A stretch of DNA of 35,350 nucleotides from an uncultured bacterium (lineage in GTDB: Bacteria > Krumholzibacteriota > Krumholzibacteriia > Krumholzibacteriales > Krumholzibacteriaceae), in assembly GCA_965601905.1 (NCBI GenBank), contig CBFCXB010000002.1:1-35350 (forward strand). Direction: 5' to 3'. This document shows positions 9,305 through 15,602 of this stretch, one piece after another. Under the pieces are notes generated by a model. That model saw only the letters and a program-made list of their open reading frames with translations. It ran no database searches and was not told the DNA's origin. Positions within the stretch are counted from its first letter, which is position 1; each line of letters starts with the position of its first letter. The position numbers and the translations under genes were made by a program.

Positions 9305-9862
9305 ATGTATAAACGGATCGTTCATTCGTTTTCATTCGTGCTCCTGCTTGTGCTCCTCCCGCTGGTACTACGCTGTACTCCGTCACCCAAGTACCGTGGG
9401 AGCACATCCAGGGAACGGCAGCGGACCGAAGAGCGGCCTTCAAGCACCGTGAACGATTCCAAGATAGGAATAGCCTTTTCGGCTCCGCTGCAAAACTACA
9501 AAGAATCCCGGATCACGAGCAGATTCGGATTGCGCCGTGATCCCCGATACAACAGGCAGGAGTCTCACTACGGGATCGATATCAAGGCGCGGGAGGGAGA
9601 GAAGGTTCTCGCGGCGGCTGCGGGTACGGTGACATTCGCGGGGAAACAGCGCGGATTCGGTAAGCTCATCATCATCGACCACGGCGAGCGTGTGAGCACT
9701 GTTTACGGTCACCTCTCGAATGTTGCCGTGAGAAAAGGAGAATCGGTCAAGGTGGGGACGTTCATCGGGACGGTCGGGAGAACGGGGAATGCAACCGGCG
9801 TCCATCTCCATTTCGAGATTCGAAAAGGGGGAAAAGCGCTCGATCCACTCGATTACCTTTGA
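9305..9862 (+). CDS. M23-family metallopeptidase (NlpD-like, secreted or lipoprotein)
   Basis: Signal peptide MYKRIVHSFSFVLLLVLLPLVLRC. M23 catalytic blocks HYGIDIKA...GTVTFAG and HGERVSTVYGHLS...GNATGVHLHFEI. Start set after the tRNA. Confidence 0.85.
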   Translation: MYKRIVHSFSFVLLLVLLPLVLRCTPSPKYRGSTSRERQRTEERPSSTVNDSKIGIAFSAPLQNYKESRITSRFGLRRDPRYNRQESHYGIDIKAREGEKVLAAAAGTVTFAGKQRGFGKLIIIDHGERVSTVYGHLSNVAVRKGESVKVGTFIGTVGRTGNATGVHLHFEIRKGGKALDPLDYL

Positions 9863-9912
9863 CGATCGGGTAAGTAGTGTAGTTAACTGTATCCGTGCGC
9901 AGTGAAGGAACC

Positions 9913-10752
9913 ATGAAAAGCGAAATCAACGAGATCCAGAGGCGGTACTTCAAGGATATCAGCAAGTATCCGGTGCTATCAAAAGAGAAGGAGATCGATC
10001 TCGCACGAAGGGTCCGCGCGGGGGACGAAGATGCACGCCGCATGCTCATACTGAGCAACCTCAAACTCGTCATAACCATCGCGAAGTCATATATGTCGTA
10101 CGGTGTTTCCTTTCTCGATCTGATCGAGGAGGGGAATATCGGGTTGATCAAAGCGGTGAGCAGGTTCGATCCCGAAATGGGATTCAGGTTCAGCACCTAC
10201 TCGTCATGGTGGATACGGCAATCGATCGTTCGGGCGATATCGAACCACTCCCGGACAATCCGCATACCGATCCATATCTTTCAACTCATGTCCCGATACC
10301 TCCGTCTCGAGGAAGAGGGGAAAGGTATGAACATCGATGAGAAGGCGGCACGGCTCAAAATTTCACAAAAGAAATATCTCATGGTCGAAAAGCTCGTGCA
10401 GAATATACGGGCCCTCGATGTCGCCAACAGCCTGGATACCTACAAGCAGCTCGTACAGATAGAGGACCCCAAGGAGCAGAACAATCCAGAGCAGATTATT
10501 CTCAAGCAGATAGAGCATGAAAAACTGGCTGCCATCCTGGAACGTCTCTCCGAACGCGAACGGCTCATCATCAGGATCCGGTACGGCTTTGACGACGGTG
10601 AACCGCACACCCTTGCCGAGACGGGCAAGGTGGTCCATGTATCACGGGAGCGTGTGAGACAGCTCGAGATGCGGGCGCTGCGCAAGCTGCGATTTCTCAT
10701 CGAACCGAAGAGTGTCGCAGATGATGGTGACAGGAAGGAATCTGATGCATGA
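9913..10752 (+). CDS. sigma-70-family RNA polymerase sigma factor, group 1/2-like without region 1.1 (RpoS-like architecture)
   Basis: Region 2: NLKLVITIAKSYMSYGVSFLDLIEEGNIGLIKAVSRFDPEMGFRFSTYSSWWIRQSI. Then RTIRIPIHI, and region 4: HTLAETGKVVHVSRERVRQLEMRALRKLR. ATG 9913 is preceded by GAAGGA. Confidence 0.85.
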   Translation: MKSEINEIQRRYFKDISKYPVLSKEKEIDLARRVRAGDEDARRMLILSNLKLVITIAKSYMSYGVSFLDLIEEGNIGLIKAVSRFDPEMGFRFSTYSSWWIRQSIVRAISNHSRTIRIPIHIFQLMSRYLRLEEEGKGMNIDEKAARLKISQKKYLMVEKLVQNIRALDVANSLDTYKQLVQIEDPKEQNNPEQIILKQIEHEKLAAILERLSERERLIIRIRYGFDDGEPHTLAETGKVVHVSRERVRQLEMRALRKLRFLIEPKSVADDGDRKESDA

Positions 10753-11263
10753 AGATCTGAAGGCGTATATACGGGACATACCTGATTTTCCAAAGAAGGG
10801 TATCCTTTTCCGCGATATAACGCCGATTCTGCTCGAGCCGCGGTCATTCAACCGAGTGAGCGATATTCTCTTCGAGCGGTACCGTAATCGGGCCGTCGAT
10901 AAGATCGCCGCGATCGAGTCGAGGGGATTCATCTTCGGTTCCGTTCTCGCTTTCCGGCTCGGCTTGGGGCTCGTACCGTTGCGAAAGCCGGGGAAGCTGC
11001 CCTGGCGTACAATTTCGGAAAGCTATTCGCTCGAATATGGCGACGCCGCGCTCGAAATGCATGTCGACGCGGTGGGCGAAGGGGAGCGGATCGTCATCGT
11101 CGATGACCTTCTGGCAACGGGCGGTACCGCGGCGGCTTCGGCCCGGCTGATCGAGCGTCAGGGCGGCATCGTGGAAGAACTCGTCTTCGTGATAGAGCTC
11201 GCGGAGCTTCGCGGCGTCCGGAAACTCGGCGAGCGTCCCGTCTATGCCCTCATTTCGTACTAA
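10745..11263 (+). CDS. apt: adenine phosphoribosyltransferase
   Basis: LKAYIRDIPDFPKKGILFRDITPIL, ESRGFIFG, and the PRPP loop VIVDDLLATGGTA. The start overlaps the sigma-factor stop by 8 nt. Confidence 0.9.
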   Translation: MHEDLKAYIRDIPDFPKKGILFRDITPILLEPRSFNRVSDILFERYRNRAVDKIAAIESRGFIFGSVLAFRLGLGLVPLRKPGKLPWRTISESYSLEYGDAALEMHVDAVGEGERIVIVDDLLATGGTAAASARLIERQGGIVEELVFVIELAELRGVRKLGERPVYALISY

Positions 11264-11276
11264 CAACGAATTTTAT

Positions 11277-11305
11277 TTGCCAGGAGCCTGCCGTCAGCGT
11301 ACTAT
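11277..11305 (+). promoter_or_regulatory. possible sigma-70-type promoter for tRNA-Arg
   Basis: TTGCCA, 17 nt, TACTAT, about 25 nt upstream of the tRNA 5' end. By-eye match only. Confidence 0.3.
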
Positions 11306-11330
11306 TATGCTGTGATTTGAAGGAACCAAA

Positions 11331-11407
11331 GCCCCCGTAGCTCAGGTGGATAGAGCATCGGTTTCCTAAACCGGGTGTCGCACGTTCGAGTCGTGCCGGG
11401 GGCGCCA
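11331..11407 (+). tRNA. tRNA-Arg (anticodon CCT), CCA encoded; integration target
   Basis: Acceptor GCCCCCG/CGGGGGC, D arm GCTC-AGGTGGATA-GAGC, anticodon arm TCGGT-TTCCTAA-ACCGG, T arm GCACG-TTCGAGT-CGTGC, G, CCA. Confidence 0.9.
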
Positions 11408-11408
11408 T
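11362..11408 (+). repeat. attL-like copy of the 47-bp direct repeat (3' part of tRNA-Arg)
   Basis: TTTCCTAAACCGGGTGTCGCACGTTCGAGTCGTGCCGGGGGCGCCAT is identical to 15509-15555. Confidence 0.9.
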
Positions 11409-11450
11409 TATTTTCAATGACTTGCGTATTGGACGCGGAAGCAAGTCGCT

Positions 11451-11475
11451 CTTCATATGCCACTAATATGCCACT
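11451..11475 (+). repeat. tandem ATATGCCACT repeats (11-bp period); putative integrase arm-type sites
   Basis: CTTCATATGCCACTA (11451-11465) is identical to 15367-15381. A second ATATGCCACT follows at 11466-11475. The repeats overlap the last codons of the integrase remnant. Confidence 0.5.
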
Positions 11476-11758
11476 TTTTTTGAACGAGGAGGGCATCAAC
11501 CGCTTTACGCTTCGTCTCGGGCGACGGGTGGGCGTATCGCATCGTCATCGCGATGTCAGCATGGCCCAAGAGCTCTTTGACCGTGACTAGGTCAACGCCA
11601 CCGAGTACCAAATTTGTCGCGAACGTGTGCCGTAAATCGTGAAAACGGCAAGGTTTGATGCCGGCGGCAAGAAGAGCTGTTCTAAACGAACGTGTGACGC
11701 TCTGGATGGTATATTCTACCATGAATAAGAAGGTCTGTAAATAGGGGGGATGGCACAT
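11453..11758 (-). pseudogene. tyrosine recombinase / phage-type integrase, C-terminal catalytic fragment only
   Basis: Contains RFHDLRHTFATNLV, LLGHADIAMTMRYAH (the catalytic H-x-x-R, H and Y boxes). Only ~100 aa remain, with no N-terminal SAM-like or core-binding domain and no upstream continuation. Confidence 0.75.
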
Positions 11759-11821
11759 AAGGGCCTAAGTATGCCATCATCATTGATAGGAAATGTCAGA
11801 AGCCTCTTACAGGCAGGAGAA

Positions 11822-14248
11822 CTATCTCAGAATCACCATCTTCCTGGTGATCGTTTCTTTTGCCGCCTGGAGCTTATAGAAATAAACACCTGATGCTACG
11901 TTAGTACCTTTAGCATCTTTGCCATTCCATCCAACATCATGATTCCCTTTGGACTGATTCTCATTAACCAGGCGTGCAATCCTTCGTCCGGATATATCGT
12001 AGATATCTATTCTCACATGGCAATTCTCCGGCAGATAATATCTGATTCTCGTCATGGGATTAAAAGGATTGGGATGGTTCTGCCAAAGGGTGAGCGGCAG
12101 CTGCGGTGTCTCAATCGCATCGGTTTCGAAGAGGATTTGTTTTTCTTGATTATTAATAACCTCGACGCGGTATTTGTATGTACTCCCGCAGTCAAATTTC
12201 TCATCCCTGAAATAATAGGCGTTGTTTCTGTGCTGAGCCTCGCCATCTGAAAGGGAACGGTAGTCTTCGATATTCCCGTCGGTACGAGAAATTATAAACT
12301 CCGCGTTTTCATCGTATTCAATGAGACTCCATGACAGCTCAATGAATGAGTTCTTATATGCTGCCGTATAACTGTCCAGAAGCGTTCCCGTTGCACCCTG
12401 TGGGACTATCAGTAGCGGGTCACTTTCGTTCCCGCTGTGATCCTTCGCTGTAATTTTATAGCAAACTGCCCCTGATGAATTCCAATCGCTGTCTAAATAT
12501 TGAGTTTCAGTTGTTTCAGCAATAAGATTCGCTTCACTCGGTTCAAATGATTGGTCATCGCAACGGTAGATGAAATAAGATTCAGTGTCGAAATCCGGCG
12601 GAGATTGCCAGGAGATTGCCATGCCCTCGTCGCTCGGTTCGGCGATCAATTCCTGAGGTGGATCTGGCGATAGTGAATCATCCGCATATGTAGAATCTGG
12701 ACATGAAGTCCATACAGTATACACGGTATCTCCATTTTGGACTGCATATTCCACAAACCTGACGATATACACCGTCCAGTACGTATCGCCATATGATGGT
12801 ACTATACTTAAGTAGCTATTTAGATAAAGATGCTGAGCAGGACGGGTTTCTACCAGCTTCCAGCCATCATCCGGGTGACAGTCGCAGTGAGCCGGGCCGT
12901 CTGCCACACTACTGTAAGCGCTGGATTCGGAAATTTCTCCAGGAGTTGCACCATCACCTTGAGCTTGCTCAATGGCGCTGCCTCGCCGTGCATATATTTC
13001 AAAATGCTCGTTATCGTTTCCTCCGTCCAGTGCGCTGGCTAAATAACGAATAGCTACGTTGCCATTATGCGTTGAATAATCGGAGACACGTATCAAATCC
13101 ACAGGGATTCCAATTTGTTTAGATCTACTATTGTTATTTTCATTAATTTCTTCAATCTGATTTAAATCATCAACACGAAGGTATAATACGGAGCCTCCCG
13201 GCTCCATTAAGGTGAATGTTGCTGATCCAACGAGTGTATCGCCAGATGCCAGCCCGCTATACTCATGGTAGTATACGGACCTATGCTCACTGGATCCCAC
13301 TCTTCTGGTATACAGCTCTATGCGAAATGCCCCCACCGATTGTGTGCCTGCATTAATCAATGCATATCTTGCATTGACCGGCGAGCACCCACATCGCACA
13401 TACCTGACTGAGTATATCCAGGTAGCTTTTAAATCAGAAAAGCCGGTAATATTCTTTTCATTTATGGTCGAGTTGCCGGCAAGATCGTGTATATTGACTG
13501 TTCGCAACGTATATGGTATCTCGTTCTCTGTGGCGTTCGACAAAATCAGTGAAACTGATGAACCGCCTTCCAACAAAGATGCGCTGAGAATGGCAATTGT
13601 GTCAGTAGGATTATCAACTTTACATATACTGTAACGAGAAATATCCTGTGCATCGTTCTCATTCAATGTTTCGCTGAAGAGCAAACGCAGATGATCATCA
13701 TCGATGATCTGTGCTTCAATAAGATACGGTGGCAGCGTGTCAGATGCGCAATGGTTGATGCAGAGATTGGAGTAGATTTTAAGCTCCTCGATAGGGAGAC
13801 CGACCTCGCATATGCAATGAATGGGGGTCTCATGATATGGATCCGTTTGGTGTTTGATTACTTCTATCGATGTTTCATCTTCGTTCAGGATATATAGGGT
13901 TTGACGAAAGATCCAGAGCCAATCGTGATGGCATCCGTCGAAGGCTAGACTAATTCCGTCTGGCAGGGCACCCAGAGGAAGCCCCTCAATTGCGCTGCTA
14001 AAAGTTATTGTACTTGGAACGATGTTCTCTGGATATTGGAGACCGAACTGGACTGCCTGCATTCCATCAGCGCTCGGCAAACACCATCCCCACATCTCGA
14101 TCTCTTGGAAGCCCGAACCTTGTTCACACCAATTGCTATGAGTCGAATCAGCGAAGAGACCTATGTAGCCGTGTGGTGGACTCTCTCCGAACGCTACTGT
14201 GGGTGACACACATATCATTAAGGTCACGAACGTGATTAATCTCATCAT
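11822..14248 (-). CDS. secreted multidomain surface protein with T9SS type-A / FlgD-Ig-like C-terminal sorting domain
   Basis: Signal peptide MMRLITFVTLMICVSPTVAFG. Start at ATG 14248, preceded by GGGAG. CARDB-like segment ending RVDDLNQIEEINENNNS, and Fn3-like segments. C-terminus: WQNHPNPFNPMTRIRYYLP...IDIYDISGRRIARLV...GVYFYKLQAAKETITRKMVILR. Confidence 0.8.
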   Translation of the reverse strand: MMRLITFVTLMICVSPTVAFGESPPHGYIGLFADSTHSNWCEQGSGFQEIEMWGWCLPSADGMQAVQFGLQYPENIVPSTITFSSAIEGLPLGALPDGISLAFDGCHHDWLWIFRQTLYILNEDETSIEVIKHQTDPYHETPIHCICEVGLPIEELKIYSNLCINHCASDTLPPYLIEAQIIDDDHLRLLFSETLNENDAQDISRYSICKVDNPTDTIAILSASLLEGGSSVSLILSNATENEIPYTLRTVNIHDLAGNSTINEKNITGFSDLKATWIYSVRYVRCGCSPVNARYALINAGTQSVGAFRIELYTRRVGSSEHRSVYYHEYSGLASGDTLVGSATFTLMEPGGSVLYLRVDDLNQIEEINENNNSRSKQIGIPVDLIRVSDYSTHNGNVAIRYLASALDGGNDNEHFEIYARRGSAIEQAQGDGATPGEISESSAYSSVADGPAHCDCHPDDGWKLVETRPAQHLYLNSYLSIVPSYGDTYWTVYIVRFVEYAVQNGDTVYTVWTSCPDSTYADDSLSPDPPQELIAEPSDEGMAISWQSPPDFDTESYFIYRCDDQSFEPSEANLIAETTETQYLDSDWNSSGAVCYKITAKDHSGNESDPLLIVPQGATGTLLDSYTAAYKNSFIELSWSLIEYDENAEFIISRTDGNIEDYRSLSDGEAQHRNNAYYFRDEKFDCGSTYKYRVEVINNQEKQILFETDAIETPQLPLTLWQNHPNPFNPMTRIRYYLPENCHVRIDIYDISGRRIARLVNENQSKGNHDVGWNGKDAKGTNVASGVYFYKLQAAKETITRKMVILR

Positions 14249-14286
14249 AATCACTCCCATCGAGATATTGTCATCTTATTAAGTAT

Positions 14287-14302
14287 TGCTTAAGTTGTGC
14301 CA
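14287..14302 (-). promoter_or_regulatory. candidate sigma-54 (-24/-12) promoter upstream of the islet cargo gene
   Basis: The minus strand reads TGGCAC-AACTT-AAGCA, against the consensus TGGCAC-N5-TTGCW. GG and GC are correctly spaced, ~40 nt upstream of ATG 14248. Confidence 0.4.
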
Positions 14303-15366
14303 ATATATCAAAGAGCTGTCAATATATTATCCCGATGAATTATATCTTACCATATAGCATATAATTAAGAGCTCACAAGAATACATTAATGGAATCATAT
14401 AGAGCTGCTATTCGAATGCATAACTTCGACCACACCGATCCATGCGGGTGCGGGGAGCGGGAGGGATGCATGCGGGAAACGGGCTCTGGGCAGCGATTTC
14501 TATGGATTCCGGGCTTTGTAGCCCCGCTCAGGAGAATTTCTGATGCCAGATCATGACCGCTCGATATCGTCGCTCTCTGAGTCGGTCGAGACCTCAGTCG
14601 GCATAGATGGGTGGAAGGAAGCGTTGAGTTTTTTTTAAGCGCTCGCAAATATTGCTTTGTTTCATTATTTTTAAATCAAATCGATTTAATGGTTCATGGA
14701 GGTAAAATGAAAACGCGATCCATGGAGGTGACAGCCTTTGACCAGGTTTGGATAGTGAGTAATGAGGCGGGTGGAACGTTTAAGTTTTTCAGAAGCATTC
14801 GCAAATTTGATTTGATTCATTTTTTCTGAATCAAAACTACCTTATGGGACATGAGGGTGTCTGCAAAATGCGGCACATGGGGGTTTAGGTGGAGAGCCTG
14901 TGCTGGGGGCATGGTTGCCGGGCTCTGGGTAATTGTGAGCCTTGCGCTGTCCTTCCCGTCATCCGCCCTTATGAAATGATAGCCGCAGTCGCAGTTTCGC
15001 CTCAGAGCCTTGCATCGCATCGGGGAGGGGTTTGCCGAAGACGGTTGGTTTCTTAAGAGAGATATCCGGTCTGGTGTTCTGTCCTATATTGAGAGAATTG
15101 GAAATATCATTACTTTCTTGAGACATATATAAGTCCTCCGGCAATATATTAAGGTCAAATCGTGATGGGGGCTGTTCAGATTGAAGGTATTGCCAAGCCA
15201 CCCGCTTGAAGCTCATAATTGTCAACATCTCGGATCATATCCGCCCAGTCACACGATACATGCTGCCGTCCCCCAGCCGTTCCTCTCCGTCCCACCACTC
15301 GATTTTGACATTTGTCTACCTCGCTGGGATGTTCACGCACGCGCTGTCCAGAGATTTCATCTGCCA

Positions 15367-15381
15367 CTTCATATGCCACTA
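15367..15381 (+). repeat. third copy of the ATATGCCACT-containing 15-mer near the attR end
   Basis: CTTCATATGCCACTA is identical to 11451-11465 and in the same orientation. A near-copy CTGCCACTT lies immediately upstream (15361-15369). Confidence 0.5.
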
Positions 15382-15508
15382 CAGATCGGGTCTGTCGGGT
15401 TCTCGTAAGACAAAAGACACCTCAGCAGAGAGTGTGAAAGACCAGGAGACGGGCGACGATTCGACAACTTCCACCGAATCACTCACTTGCTTTTTCATCT
15501 TCCTTCGC

Positions 15509-15555
15509 TTTCCTAAACCGGGTGTCGCACGTTCGAGTCGTGCCGGGGGCGCCAT
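15509..15555 (+). repeat. attR-like copy of the 47-bp direct repeat (orphan 3' part of tRNA-Arg)
   Basis: Identical to 11362-11408. It lacks the tRNA 5' half. Confidence 0.9.
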
Positions 15556-15558
15556 CAA

Positions 15559-15602
15559 AAAAGGGAATTACTTCTCGGATTTATTCGAAGTAATTCCCTT
15601 TT
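15559..15602 (+). terminator. perfect 16-bp stem hairpin right after attR (probable original tRNA-Arg terminator)
   Basis: AAAAGGGAATTACTTC (15559-15574), 12-nt loop, GAAGTAATTCCCTTTT (15587-15602). The U-tract is contained in the 3' arm. Confidence 0.5.

Larger units (their letters stand above)
11362..15555. mobile_element. degenerate tRNA-Arg-integrated genomic islet (~4.1 kb) bounded by 47-bp direct repeats
   Basis: Perfect 47-bp repeat at both ends, an integrase remnant next to the tRNA, visibly lower G+C than the flanks, and matching 15-bp repeats near both ends. Confidence 0.75.

Noticed and set aside
11419-11447. GACTTGC-15 nt-GCAAGTC inverted repeat between the tRNA-Arg 3' end and the integrase stop
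   Set aside because: It could be an element-supplied terminator or part of the att core-arm region. With a 7-bp stem and no T-tract on either strand, I cannot distinguish these, so it is not annotated.
14695-14915. Recurring CATGGAGGT / CATGAGGGT / CATGGGGGT / GCATGGTTG motifs, considered as an operator or iteron array
   Set aside because: The spacing is irregular (26, 129, 26 and 34 nt) and the shared core is short and G-rich or SD-like. This is insufficient to call a repeat family by eye.
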